Positions 49,485 through 63,559 of a stretch of DNA of 64,000 bases are shown piece by piece. Below the pieces are notes generated by a model. The model worked only from the letters and a program-made list of their open reading frames with translations, made no database searches and had not been told where the DNA came from. A program made the translations under genes and the position numbers. Position 1 is the stretch's first letter. Each line of letters begins with the position of its first letter. The stretch comes from Octopus bimaculoides (Eukaryota). The stretch spans positions 96,434,022-96,498,021 of the forward strand of contig NC_068982.1 in NCBI RefSeq assembly GCF_001194135.2, read 5' to 3'.

Positions 49485-50150
49485 AAAGCAGCAAGCTGGC
49501 AGAATCATAAGTATGCTGGACAAAATGCTGAGCAGCAAACTTATTGTCCATCGTTACATTCTGAGTTCAAATTCCTCCAAGCTCAGTTTGACTTTCATCC
49601 TTTTGGGGTTGATAAAATAAGTACAAGTTGAGCACTGAAGTTGATGTAATCAACTTATTCCCTCCTATGAAAATGCTAGCCTTGTGCCAAAATTTGAGAC
49701 CTTTATCGTCGTTGTCAAAACAGCAAGCTGGTAGAATTGTTAGCATGTCAAACAAAATGCCTAGTAGCATTTCCTTCATCTCTTTACATACTGAGTTCAA
49801 ATTCCACTATAGTTGACTTTACCTTTCATCCTTTCAGAGTCAATAAAATAAATACCAACCCAGCACTGGAGTCAATGTAATCAACTTACCCCCTCACCCC
49901 AAATTTCATAATATAATGTGCTTATATTAGAAAGAATTATTATTATAAAGGCAGTGAGCTGGTTGAATCATTATCATGTCAGACAAAACTGTTTAGCAGC
50001 ATTTTAGTGTTTTACATTCTGGGTTCAAATTCTGCTGAAGTTGATTTAGCTTTTCATCCTTTCAGGGTTAATAAAATAACATAAATAGCAGTCATGTACT
50101 GGCAACATTGTAATCAACTCATCCTCTTCCCAAAACTTCAGGTCTTGTGC
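49485..50150 (+). mobile_element. Head-to-tail array of three family C SINEs
   Basis: Three roughly 220-bp units starting aa(a/g)(g/c)ag(c/t)(a/g)agctgg, spaced by triplet repeats. Confidence 0.8.
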
Positions 50151-52552
50151 CTATTTTTAAATTATCCTTATTTTTATTGTGTAACCAGTTCCATGTCCAT
50201 TGTGTACATGCCATGTTTTGTTCTCACATTTTTATAAATTCAAGAACTGTTATGAAGATCGATTCTGTTTCCAGTGACCATATTCTAGATGTCTCTTTCT
50301 AAATCATACCTATATCCATTTCTACTTTCTCCACCTCCTTCTTCTTCCACTTCCCCTCTTCCTCTTGTTTCTTATTCAAATATTTATCATCTAACATCTT
50401 GCTATATTTTAAAACTGTGTAATATATTGAAAGCAAAGATTAACTGAGTTGCAATTCTCAGTTGAAGTCAGTTCATTTTAAACTTAGAAAGTTTGGAAAT
50501 ATCAGACAGACTAATTCTTACAAATATATCTTGTTCTTTGAGTCTGGTCCGTAGTCAAAACATTTATTTTATACACATTGCTAAATGTAATATATTCTAT
50601 TAATCAATCACTGTTGTCTTAGATACAAGCATTTCTATATCACTCCGACACCATTTAGAGTTTGTTGCTACAGTTGTAAACTCTGAGAAACCATGTATGT
50701 ATATATATCTATATACATGTGTGTGTGTGTACACACGCATGCACATACCAGTTGCATTTCCTGGAATAAAATGTATTATGACTCAGACATAGAAATGAAC
50801 TCAAATAAATCAGATTTTAATAACAAAAAGAAATCTTTCATTTTTATGAGAGGCAACTGGAAAAGTGGTACATACATGCTACATTATACACCTCGTGTGG
50901 TACTTATATGGTTTACATTTCTAGATTTGAATGCTGTGGCTTAACTACCAAGAGTTGCTCCTGATGCACGTGTGCATTACACACACACATTTTTTTTTGT
51001 CTTTTGTTTTTTCTAAATACATTTTATGTATGTATATCAACTGACTTTTCATCTGATCTAGGAAAGAATTAGAAATGTTAGGTATGTTCAGGGAGAAATT
51101 TGACCTGAATTTTCAGGGAAATCTAGGTCATGTTTGGATAAGCACACTGATTGCCAGAAAACTACCTGTTTACTTATGTTTAACTGTTTGTCAGTGGGGT
51201 GGTGTTGGAGGTGGTGGTATTTGCGAATGAATTGTATAACTGTTGAATATCTTTTGACTGTCTCATGTCTGTCTATAGCTTCTTGATTATTACCTAATGT
51301 TGGCTGTGGCTAAGCTAGTCTTTCATTAGGGTCACTTGTAAAATCACTTGTAAATTTGAAAGAAAACATGTTGGCAACATTATCGTCATCACCAGCACCA
51401 TCTTTATCTGCATCATCATCTACACTACCACCACCACCACCACCACCATCATTGTTCTCAGCAGTTGTAAGTTTGTCACATCCATATCTTACAGTAACAT
51501 CCAAATTCCCATAATGGCATTTACAAGCCTTATTCTATGTAACTTCATTCATTGCTTTACCCTAATTATAATCACTAGAGTTATCATCTATCTGTTTAGG
51601 TGGTGATAAGGACAAGTTTGTTGCCTAATTAAAAACAGGCTATGAACTCTGCCAGAATTGACTTTTCATCCTGCTATGTTCAATAACCAAAGAATGAAAT
51701 GGAGGTTTTATATAACTGTTAAGAATAGCAATGTATCTTCCTTGTTTTAAATGGATACTGGATGATGTAGTCTTAAATATACTGTCTGAAAAAAGACTTG
51801 ATAGTTACAGGTGGAATGTTTTTGATCATAGGCCTATTCCATCAGGAATTATCTGGGGCTAAACAGCAATAATAACAAATATTTGAATATGCTATCTTAC
51901 AACCGTATCTATCTACCCTTGAGCCTTGTTAAAACAAAATGTTCATTATTTTTTTCCCCCCAGTTGTTATTATAATAATTTCGCTTTTATGATAATTGTC
52001 AGAAAACTTCTAACAGTGAAGGATTCTGAAAATATTTTTATTTTCATTAATATTTCTATGATATTGTTGATCTGGAATAACCAAAATCCCAATGGTTTAT
52101 GCCTACTAAAAACAACTGTGAAATGCATTGAAGATAATGTCACAAAGACAAATTTTCTGTTTACATTTGTTTCATTGTATAATTAGTCTGAGAGAGGACA
52201 GTGAAGTGTGGGAAATGGTAGGAAACAAGATTAAATGTTTTACAGTATTTAGTTACGTCCTTTTACTTTCTGGTTTTAAATCTCTCTGGGCTTTATTTCT
52301 TTCCATCTCTACATGGTCAATAAAATAAGTACCAGTAGTGTACTGGAATTGATTCACTTGACTATATCAAACACCACCACCTCTAACATATTGTTGGCTT
52401 TTTAGCAAAATTAGAACTTCAGTGAAAGTGGTAAGTCAAGAGAAATAATAGAATGCCAGATTATTTATTATACAGTACTGTTGTATACTTGTTCCTTTTG
52501 AGTTCAAATCACATTAGTGTTCGGCCCTAGTAGAATTTACTTACATAACATA

Positions 52553-53285
52553 GGTACAGGCATGGCTGTGCAGTTAAGAAGCTTGCTTTGCAACCATGTG
52601 GCTTTAGGTTCAGTTCCATTGTGCAGTTCCTTGGGCAAGTATCTTCTACTATAGCTCTAGGCTTTCCAATGCCTTGTCACTAAATTTCATAGATGGAAAC
52701 TATATGGAAGCCCATTGTGTATATGATTATACACATGATGTGTCTTTGTGTTTGTCACTCCCACTGCTTGGCAATAGGTATTGGTTCGTTTATTTCCTTG
52801 TAACTTAGCTCAGCAAAAGAAACCAATAGAATAAGTACCAGAGTTAAAAAAATAAGTTCTGGATGTGATTTGCTTGACTAAACCTTTCAAGGCAGTACCC
52901 TTGAAACAATTAGAAGATAACAGTAAAAATCAGGTAACAAAACTTTTGGCTTTTGGTTCTAATGATTGTAAAAGCATGGGTTTGGTTCACTACAGTGTCT
53001 GTTCCTTTGATATATGTAAGTAAAAGTACTGTCTTGAATCCTAGGATTCATAGGGTTGGTCACTCGGTTTCTATGGTCTATAAATGATCAAGATCACACT
53101 ATTCTCCTTGAATGGAATGCCAGTCAATTGTAGGGTTACTCATTGACAGCTGAGTGGACTGGTGCAATGGGAAATGAAATGTTTTGCTTGAGAAGACAAT
53201 GCACTGCCTGGTTTAAGAATTGAAACCATAGTCTTATAATCATTAGTGAAAACACCCTAACCACAAAGGCCACATGCCTTCACTT
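52553..53285. mobile_element. Family B SINE (+, 52553-52910) and family E SINE (-, about 53030-53285)
   Basis: Matches to the family patterns. Confidence 0.65.
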
Positions 53286-53286
53286 G

Positions 53287-53400
<114 letters not shown>

Positions 53401-53408
53401 GTGTGTTA

Positions 53409-53545
53409 GTTAGATAGACCTGTAAGGAATTTCCTATTAGAAATTTTTCAGGCAGAGAAATGATATGATGTTATAACATATAGTAATATATTATTTCTTT
53501 GTCTGAAGAATTCCTAATAGGAAATTCCTTACTTGTCTATCTAAC
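53409..53545. repeat. Fold-back element (about 58-bp arms) with a partial HHR-like motif
   Basis: gttagatagac / gtctatctaac termini; CTGAAGA at 53503 and GAAA at 53521. Confidence 0.7.
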
Positions 53546-53564
53546 ATGTAAAACTTTGTAATTC

Positions 53565-53755
53565 TTATTAGCAAATGGGTCAAATGCTGAGCAGCAAACT
53601 TATTGTCCATCTTTACATTCTGAGTTCAAATTCCTCCAAGCTGAGCTTGGTCAATAAACAAAGTACCAGTGAAACACTGGGGTCGATGTAATCGACTTAT
53701 CCTTTCTCCCAAAATGGCTGCTCTTGTTGCAAAATTTGAAACCCTCATCATTATT

Positions 53756-53790
<35 letters not shown>

Positions 53791-54060
53791 TATTATTATT
53801 GCCTACTGGTGAGGGTGTTGCACTCACGATCTAGTGATTTCAATTCCTAGAACAGGTGGTGTGTTGTGTTCTTGAGCAAAACACTTCATCTTACATTGCT
53901 CTACAATGACTTCAACACCTGATGCGTGGTACATCATGCACCTGTTCAGGCAACATCAGTTTTGATGGAAGGAGTGAGCTAATGTATGGCACATACATTT
54001 GATCACTATAAACAATCATCTGTGCAGGTTGTTCTGGTAAAAAGCTGAACACTCATATGT
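53565..54060 (+). mobile_element. Family C SINE, (CAT)n, then a family E-related SINE
   Basis: Matches to the family patterns. Confidence 0.6.
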
Positions 54061-54450
54061 CATCTTTGAAGGGAGAATCCATCATTGTTATGGGGGGGGG
54101 GGGGAGATTTAGTTGTATGTGTAAGAGTAATAAGAGGAGGAAGGTAGTTTGATTGTGGTTGGGGGATAAAATGTTTGCAAAGTGTTTTAAATAGGTCTGC
54201 TGTGTGTAGGAGGAAGGGGCAAATGACACACAATGGGAAGATGATGTTGGTGAATTAGGATTAAAAGTTTATACACTAGGATTAAAGGACTGGTTATTAA
54301 ACTATTAAGATTACAACAGGATGTTATTTGTTCATTCAGAGCAAAAATCTAGCAATCAAGAAAAATACATAAGACACATGAACAAAATTTCCAAATTTCC
54401 ATAATATAAGTAGCATTCTAAATTTAGTCTTGGTGGTAGTGATGGTGATG

Positions 54451-54483
<33 letters not shown>

Positions 54484-54759
54484 ATAGTAGTAGTAGTAGT
54501 AGTAGTAGTAGTAAAGCACTGGTTGTTGCATGTTGTGAGGGAATATTTGCTAATGAGCCAAATATATTTTATGTAGTCTATCATATCCACATATTTTAGA
54601 TATATGAGTAGTACTTTAACGTGAGTCACACTTATTTTATAGATGGTTAGCAATTGGTCAAAGATTAAGTGTTTGCTGGCTCCAAAGAAGCCTAGACTTT
54701 TAGACACAGACTTGGCAGCATTGTGTGTGTGTGTAATCATAACAAGAAATCATCAGGGA

Positions 54760-55350
54760 TTGTAAGGTCTATCATTTATAGCAGCTTTAAAGGTTTTAGG
54801 TTGTGTGTTGTCTTTGTACAGAGACAAGACTGCTATGCTGTACAACTCTGTTTCTTTCATATATGCAATAACTGTGTCTACTGTTGAAAAAATAATGGTT
54901 ATGCTGGCCCATTTAACAACATCTTTAAAGTTTCTGTTTGTCTTAAGAAGTGTAAGTCTTGCATAAGGTTCCTAGTTTATGTAAGGATGACAGCCATGTG
55001 TAGAAGGCTCAAAAGTGAAGAGTTGTATCATCTTGAAAGAGCATAGGAGTGTGTATACCAAGATATGTCTTTAATGTAGAAAAATCTGGGAGATGTAACT
55101 GAGCTTTGAGTACACAAGTTTTGATGATAGACTGTGGGTCATAGTGAACCCATCAACACTCATAGTCTGATTGGTGGGTAAGCAATTTAGGAGGCTCCTA
55201 TATCAGACAATTGAAGGCTCTGCTGATGTCAAATACAACATAGATTTTGCTGAAATTGTAAAGAGCAAGTGAGCATGGATATCTGACCTAAGAGAGCAGG
55301 TCTCTGTTGACAGTTTAATAGAAACTGCATATTCTATATCTGTAGATGAA
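54760..55350 (-). pseudogene. CR1/Jockey-group LINE RT remnant
   Basis: DISRAF..., SVDGF..., DDTTLH motifs in the expected RT order across broken frames. Confidence 0.55.
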
Positions 55351-55827
55351 TAACATTTCTCAGTTCCTTCCTTATATTGTTGTGAGTTAAATCTTGTGGA
55401 AGTATTCCATTCGTTTATTGTTGGTGTGTCTGTTACAAATGAAGGCTACCTATTTTCTCCCCAATCCCTGGTTTTAGATTATCAACTGAAAAACTAGGTT
55501 ATCTTTTAGACTTATAACAATGAGAGGATATGGTTACATTTGTCTATGATTGTATTACTAGATCTACTTAAGAACTCATTGTCTTGCTTCTGCTGTTTAT
55601 GGGAACTTCACTCATTCATATTTCTTACCTGCTGTATTTTTCACTGCATAATTTCTTTTTCTAATGTTTGCTTTCAACTTGTATTAATATTGCACTAAGC
55701 CATGACCATTATCATTATTGTTAGGTTAACTTGTATATTTCTCAACTGACATGGGTGAAAGTAATTAGTTTGGCTGCTGTAACAGTTATCAAAGGGATCT
55801 TCTTGGTACTCTCACTCACTCACGCAC

Positions 55828-55878
<51 letters not shown>

Positions 55879-57099
55879 AGTGTATGTGTCTCTACTTAAT
55901 TATTTCTATTTAATTTCATTAGGGCATACTAGAAATTTATGCAACCTATTTAGTTATATAGTCTTTCTTTATTTCTTTTGTGCCATTCTTGAATAGATAA
56001 TTTTTGCTTTGTTAAATAATTTTGATTTCAAAAGATCTGTTTCAGAGATGTAATTTACATTCTTTTAAATGTTTATTAATCTTAACCAAAGGGTCACTGC
56101 CCATAACTTTTGACTATGATAGATAGGCATCATAAAGACTATGATAGATAGGCATCATAAATAGCCTGGCTATTGCTTTGTTGTAAGTCATCTCTATGAT
56201 TGAAGGCAATCTAGCCATGACAATCTTATTTATGTATATTTTTTGCTATATTGTCTAATGTGGTCCTTCTTTAAGATGATTGGGTGTGAATAGAGGAAAT
56301 GCTGTTTGCTGTTTCTAGTAGATCAACCATCTGCACAGAGATTCTTCATTTGCTTGCACAACTAGATTTTATTATTTGAATTGCTGCAAGTTCATAACAG
56401 TAAAGAGAACTTGCAGTGGTTTGTTATTCTGGAGTGAGAGGTTTGAACAATGTACTTAGCCTTGCATCTAGATTGTGTCTGACTGAGCAGACCTATGATC
56501 AAAAGTATTCTGGTCACAACATGGTTTATCTCAAGACTACATTATTGATATATCCTTCCATTTTCAAATGATTGAAGAGTATGATGTGAGGGAAATTTGG
56601 CGATGAATCCAGTGAAATTTGAATAGGAATGAGGCAGGATCTACAGTGAGTTGAGTATGGTTGTTTTGAGAAACTAACTTATGGATGATATGAAAAAAGC
56701 AAACAAGAAGCCAAGAAATTAACTGTTGGTGTGTTTTGCTTTAGTCTGCTTAATTTCTTAGACATAGGACTACACTTGCCAATGTACCTTTTCATTTTCA
56801 AAACAGTAGGGTGTGATTTAAGGGAGAATTGGCTTTTATAAGGTTCCGTCAGCTTGTGAATACAGAGACATGACTTGATATGAGCATGCAATAGAAGTAG
56901 ATGATATGCTTTCATTTAAAATGTGGCATAAGTTGGTGTTAGATGTTATATACAAAGCAAAGCTTCACTAAATGAGTTTTGGATGTTGGGCCTCTGGTAT
57001 ACATAGATCTGACCTTGAAATATCAGGTTTTATTGACGTGATTATAACTATTTTAATAAGCTAGCTTGATGATGATGAGGTATAGTGTTCATGACCTTT

Positions 57100-57560
57100 A
57101 CAAGATCTCCCAGATTGATGACATTCTTGAGGTTGATATTCACTTTGAACATTCATAGGAAAAGCATGAGTGGACCTGAATTCCAGAGGACTGGATTACT
57201 GGGGAGGAAAGACTATGAAAAATGTTTTGTACAGTGTCCGTGTGATGAGACATGGTGAGGATGACAAAAAGAAAAGTCAGGTTGAGAGTGGAGAAGGTAT
57301 ACAGCTTGCTAGTTCAGAAAAGTAGATGCTATTGTGATTGTAAGAGAAGTGGCAGGGAAGCAGCCTCATATCTCATCTGCCAACTAAAGATGTAAGCTTT
57401 TTGTGTAACAGCAGTAACTTCATCCCATACGTATGTAAATGAGTGTATGCATACAGCCATTCAATCTACTACAGATATGTAGTTTGGTTTCTGTGGGTGA
57501 TTGTACATACTTTCTTTCATCTAAAGAGTTATCTCAGATTTTATGGGCTATTTTTATGGC
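57100..57560 (-). pseudogene. CR1-group LINE 3' ORF remnant
   Basis: FSELASCIPSPL...WN...FP pattern typical of the CR1 ORF2 C-terminus. Confidence 0.5.
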
Positions 57561-58162
57561 TACATTTTCATTTGAGAAACTTCTTAAAAAGACTCATTTT
57601 TTTTAATATTTTTAATGCTTTGAACTACAATCTAAAAAGCAATCAAATTTCTTTTCTATCTTGTAAGATTATAGCTTCTAATTTCATAGCTAAAAGTCAG
57701 CAAGTCTCTCTGGTATAGTATAGTGGTAACGGACAGGATGACAGTGTTACCACTATTACCATTCTGTCTGTGGCAGATGTGTGATTCAGTTTCTGTGGCT
57801 GATTTTGCCTGCATTTTTTTCATCTAAGGGGTTTTTATTCTGTTTATTACGAGGTATTATTTATAGCTACATTTGCATTTGAGCAACTTTGTAAGATTAT
57901 GTGTGTGCATGTGAGCAGTACTGTAATCTCAGTCTTTAGCTTTATAGAGGGTCAACATCTGATTGATACTTTATCAACATTTGATTGATATACATCAATT
58001 GGTGTATCCTAACCCCATACAAATGTAGAAGAAAGGAACATTATCTGATAATGCAAGGCAATGGTGAGAAGAGAGAGCTGTTGTTGTTGTCTAGCCTGAT
58101 TGAGAAGATCAGACGTAATCAAAGGCATTCCAGCTAGAACTATACCATTTTTTTTTAGGGTT

Positions 58163-58199
<37 letters not shown>

Positions 58200-59249
58200 T
58201 GGCTACAGTGAGATATGACTAGAAATATTAAGGAAAAGAATGAAGAAAACAATTGCCTTACCTTCTTTATTTTAACCAGTGTGTGTGTGTGTGTGTGCAT
58301 GCATGCATGTATATAACCAAGAATATCTGACAACAGCTACAACAACAAAAACAAATGGTGTCTACATATAGATTCCTGGAGATGAAAGAGAATTTAATGA
58401 GCAGGAAGTAGCAAATGTTTGTGGATTTATTCTCTCTCCTCTGGCTTTCTCTGAATCTCCTTCTCTCTTTCTCTCTCTCCCTTCTATCTCCCTATCACTG
58501 TGAAGTGGGGGGGGGGTTCTCAACTTAAAAATAACCATTTAGGATTTTAAGAAAAATGTTAGGAAAGCAATTAAGTTTCTTTTAAAAGACCAAATGACAT
58601 CCAGATGTTTCGTTGCATAATTAATTGGTAGAAATTTCTCTTAGCTTTCTGTCATTCTCTCTACTTAGTACATGACTCATTACATTATTATTATTATTAT
58701 TGTTATTATTATTATGGTTTCTTGTTGATTTTGCCTGTATGCAATTACTATGTAGCTAGAATTATAGACTCTCATACAGATTTTGGTAATTATTAATTGT
58801 AAAATACTCCAGACACTAGACAATCTATGTACCTACACACATATTGACATCTGTATATATGATATTTCCACTCAAACATATATATGTATATATTTCCAAA
58901 AGACTTCATTATCTTTCACCTCAGCAGCTTCTAGTTTCTATACACCCCAGAAATATTACATGAATGTATATTCATTTATAGTATACATTCTGTATCATTT
59001 GTACATGGGTATTAAGTGAATAGAATATGGAGATATATGATAGATTTGTACATTTGTTAATTTACATCAATTGTAAAACTGTATAATTATTTTTATTTTT
59101 TTATTTCCTTATGACCTCCAGAAAAACCTCATATTTTGTTATACATATAGATATATATGCTTATGTGTATCTATCTCCATAAATGCACTCAAACATGAAG
59201 AAATATCAATATACAGTCTTTGAACTATAATTGTGTATGTAACATGTGT

Positions 59250-59440
59250 ACCATATTTTCCAGCATACAAGTTGACATATATACTGTAAAAATAGAAACA
59301 CCACTATCTTTCCAAATCCTACTGCATTTCACATGGAATTTTTGGTCCTCCAATATTGCCTTGGTGAATAAGTTGACCTATCATTTTTGGCTGTAAATTT
59401 TGGTCCAAAAAATTTGATTTGTATGCTCTATACAGTATTT
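59250..59440. mobile_element. pogo-type MITE
   Basis: ta-ccatattttccagcatacaagttgac ... gtatgctctatacag-ta termini. Confidence 0.45.
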
Positions 59441-59844
59441 GAATTCACATGCAGTAATGTATGTGTGCGTGCATGCACGCGCCATAGAGAGACAAACAAA
59501 AGATATAAGAATTACTTGAAAGGGGAAATATGTTAAAAATTCTGGTTCAAGCCACAATAGCTCATACTAAGTATTACAGGACTGTTTTTAGAGAAGTTCT
59601 CCTTGGTGAGAGACTGCTGGTATGTTACAGATGTTGGCAAGTATCTCAGCCTGCTAGAAGCAACAACAAAATCATACTCAACCATCTTTAAAAGAAAAAA
59701 AATACATTGGATAATATAGTCGAGTGTACAGTATGCATGTGAGAAAGATGGGGTAGTCATAGGTGGATTGTTTTTGATTATAGGTTCATTCAATCAGGAT
59801 CAACTTGGGGTTAAACACCAGCAACAGCAAGATGCAAGAGGGCT

Positions 59845-59891
59845 TGCTAGTTGTGAAATGCATGAAAGTATCATGCATTTCACAACTAGCA
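59845..59891. repeat. Perfect 21-bp inverted repeat with 5-nt loop
   Basis: tgctagttgtgaaatgcatga-aagta-tcatgcatttcacaactagca. Confidence 0.95.
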
Positions 59892-60353
59892 GACATTGAA
59901 ATATTGAGTAAATACTCACTAATCAGTAACGACAGGTGACATCCTTTTATAGATATTGTTCTTTATGCTTACAGTGGAGCTGAGTGAACAACTTGGTGAT
60001 TTTATCCAACCTACTCCCACAGCTTTGCTTACTACTGTTATTCTTCATTTCCACCTCACAATTAGTAAATGAGATGTCAAAATGACCTTGAAGCTATGAA
60101 GCTTATTCATCCTACCCCTTTCACTGATGTTAGGAAGTCCTTCATTCACAAGAGTATTGGCAAGTGGCTTGTAAAAGAAGAAAAACAAAGGGTGTCCTTT
60201 TGGTTGGTGTATTCACAATGCATGTAGGCAGTTCTGCTATTGCTTAAAGCAGTGATCCTGAAATGGTGCACCATAGTGCATTGATGTACTGCAAAGAGTA
60301 TCTAGGTGTTCCATGGGTTTTTTGTTTTTTTTTAGATATAGTTTAGAGCTTTG

Positions 60354-60740
60354 TGGAGGCGCAATGGCCCAGTGGTTAGGGCAGCGGACTCGCGGTTATA
60401 GGATCGCGGTTTCGATTCCCAGACCAGGCGTTGTGAGTGTTTATTGATTGAAAACACCTAAAGCTCCACGAGGCTCCGGCAGGGAATGGTGGCGAACCCT
60501 GCTGTACTCTTTCACCACAACTTTCTCTCACTCTTTCTTCCTGTTTCTGTTGTGCCTGTAATTCAAAGGGTCAGCCTTGTCACACTGTGTCACGCTGAAT
60601 ATCCCCGAGAACTACGTTAAGGGTACACGTGTCTGTGGAGTGCTCAGCCACTTGCACGTTAATTTCACTAGCAGGCTGTTCCATTTATCGGATCAACTGG
60701 AACCCTCGACGTCGTAAGCGATGGAGTGCCAACAACAGCA
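60354..60740 (+). mobile_element. Family D SINE, full length
   Basis: A box tggcccagtgg, gtttcgattcc, aacaacagca tail; TSD gtttagagcttt / gtttagggtttt. Confidence 0.9.
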
Positions 60741-61492
60741 GTTTAGGGTTTTACAAAATTCACACTACTGCTTAGACGACCTGAAAAACAAATATGTATT
60801 TTTAGTGTAATTAAACAAGAGAAGCAATAGTTTTATATTTTTCTAAATTTTTAAAGTCATTCATTTTTTTTTTTTTTTAACCTTTCTTTTGGAATTGTGC
60901 CAATGATTTTTAACTTTCTGTGCAAAGTATGACTAATTTTTTGTTTAATCTCCTGTGGACCACTGATTTAACATGATTGAGCACCATTGGCATATGGTTT
61001 AGTCGGCTATAACCAAATGGTACATTTCTTGAAAATCTGAACTCACAAAATAGTTTGAAGATTCACCTTTGCTACTTGTGCTTCTACTAAACTCACTATT
61101 GTTGACATCATCATCATCATCACCATGACTAGTGCATATGCTGTGATTTGAGAAAATGTCTCACTCTTTCAGAGGATCAAGTGACTGTAAGTGGACGTGC
61201 TCTCATTGGGTGATATTTCATGGTGTCCTTGGTGGGTTTAATGCGTTAGTTTTGTTACTAAGTTACTATATCTGAAGTGTTTCTAAAAATATCAAAATGA
61301 CATAGATGCTATGAGGCTTGAACCTACTTTCAATTTTTAGTAAATAAGTATTTGTACAATCCTTTGAGGTTAGCCTTCTGAGAGGTATACATGACATCTA
61401 TCATCTAATGTGTGAAGAAGTCAAATCTCAGTACTGACTGAAACTGTAGAAGTGAAGTCTCCAATATTCTTTAAACACTGGATGCTCTGGTT

Positions 61493-61657
61493 CATTGGTT
61501 CCGAACCTGTGGTCCACGGACCCCAGACGGTCCACAAAAGTTGTACTGGGGGTCCATGAACATGTTAAGCTGACAAGCCTTTCAATATCCTGGGGTCTGT
61601 GGGAAAACTCATTTAAATAAAAGGGGTCTTTAGCATTGAAAAGGTTGGGAACTACTG
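61493..61657. mobile_element. hAT MITE
   Basis: TIRs cattggttccgaacct / aggttgggaactactg; TSD ctctggtt / ctctagtt. Confidence 0.8.
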
Positions 61658-61996
61658 CTCTAGTTAATCACTTTTCTTGTAAATGACAGCAGTTCTCAAA
61701 ATCAAGTGGGTGTCTAAGATTCACTTAGCAATGCTCAAGTAAGACTAAGTTGGCTTCTTACCATCTGTTATTAAAAAATATAACAAGAAAGAAGAGTTAA
61801 GAGTGGGAATGGGAAAAATCAAAAGATGCAAACCATACTAAAATTGCTGGTTGATTTCTAGATATATTGATATAATTGATTTAGATGGATTAATCATATA
61901 TTTTAATGATTACTACAGTTGATTTGTAGTTTCTGTTCTAACCCATAGAAATTTGTAACAAAATGTCCAAACAACTAGAAACTAATGCATTAGTAC

Positions 61997-62045
<49 letters not shown>

Positions 62046-62059
62046 ATGGTAGTGGCGGC

Positions 62060-62285
62060 GGCAGTTTTAAACTTTGGCACAAGGTCAGCAAATTTAGTGG
62101 GAAGGTGAAGTTGATTACATCCTCCTGCTCCCCAATACTCAACTGATACTTGTTCTATCAACCCCAAAAAGGATGAAAGCTAAGTTGACTTTGATGGAAT
62201 TTGAACTGAGAATGTAAAAAGCCAGGAGAAAACAATTAAGCATTTTTGCCTGACATGCAAATGATTCTACAAGCTCACCACATTA
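62060..62285 (-). mobile_element. Family C SINE next to (GTA)n
   Basis: Reverse complement of the family C pattern. Confidence 0.7.
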
Positions 62286-63559
62286 GTAATAATAATAATA
62301 ATAATAATATACCTCATTTTAAAATCCTATTTCACCTACTTTATCAATACAAACACAAAATCCAACAACAAAAATAGTAACGGTATCATTTTGTCACACA
62401 TGCTCCAATTATGTGTAACAAATCCTAGAGTGCTAAAGTTATAGTGCACTGATTAAATCGTTATCTTTCTATGCCTACCACCTTTTATCATGTAAGAACC
62501 AAATTAACTACAAAAAAATGCAACATGCAATATGCTTTGGCTGCCATCCTTCTCAACATACCTTGATTGCTATCTTGAATTGTGATCAATGCTCTGTACT
62601 ATAATTAATATTCTCTGATTGTCACGTATGCCATTCAATATAACTTAACTGCCATACAGTATTCCATTCAACATGCCGTAGCTGCTATACCCAATGAAGC
62701 TTGCCTTTACTGTTGCATTATACTCTTTACAATATGTAACATGGTTTCATTGACATGTTATCTTACACATCAAAATATGAGACTGAATTAGTGAAAAGCT
62801 AATAAGGTCCTTCTATACAGTCTTTCAGTCTGCTAGACTTCTTTCAGATTTCTTTCAAACAGCCCCTTTTCATTTCCAAACATAGGGAAAACAGATTAAA
62901 AAATTCACCCCCTACAGACAATATGTTAGATAAAAAGATAATATAGTTACAGCTGGAATATTGGTCAATACAAAAATTTTTGAAAAGCCAGATCAATAAG
63001 TCATTCGCTTTGTACAATACAGACATCTTGAACATCCAACTGAAAGTAGCATCCCAGCACAAAACTTAACAAACAGAAACAGACAATACAATCATCAAAA
63101 TCTCGAGATAATAAAATTTAACACAGAAAACTGAAACAGCTATCATTATATTTATTACAATTCACAATTCTAATAACAATATTGCTGCATATATACAGTG
63201 AAAATACCTGATTTTCCACGAAATACACGACAACACATATCCAGTGTACATAGTGTAGCCAATGCACACTATAATGCAATAATAATAGCCTAAAAATAAC
63301 CACAACTAAAAATAAAGTTTATTAGAATTGCACTTAACATTTGTATTGTAATGATATTAGAAAAAAAGGCTATGAGCTCAACACAAGAATATTTGGATTT
63401 CTAATTATATCTGGCTAAAGTAAAATGTGCCAGAATAACCTGCAGCATATAGTTACATCCTTTATATTGTTCAAATCTTTCCAAGATTCATTTTCCTTTT
63501 CATCTTTCTAGAACCAATAAAATAAGTACCAAGGATTGAAACAATTTACTGTTCTCTCA

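Noticed and set aside
49485-50150. CRISPR-like or satellite array
   Set aside because: Units are about 220-bp divergent SINEs; no short identical repeats with unique spacers and no cas genes; eukaryotic context.
56112-56161. Exact 25-bp tandem duplication (similar small duplications at about 7350 and 15175)
   Set aside because: Ordinary slippage products inside decayed repeats.
62840-63350. LINE APE endonuclease remnant (GILVNTKI...ILNIQLK)
   Set aside because: Too degenerate to support without a profile search.
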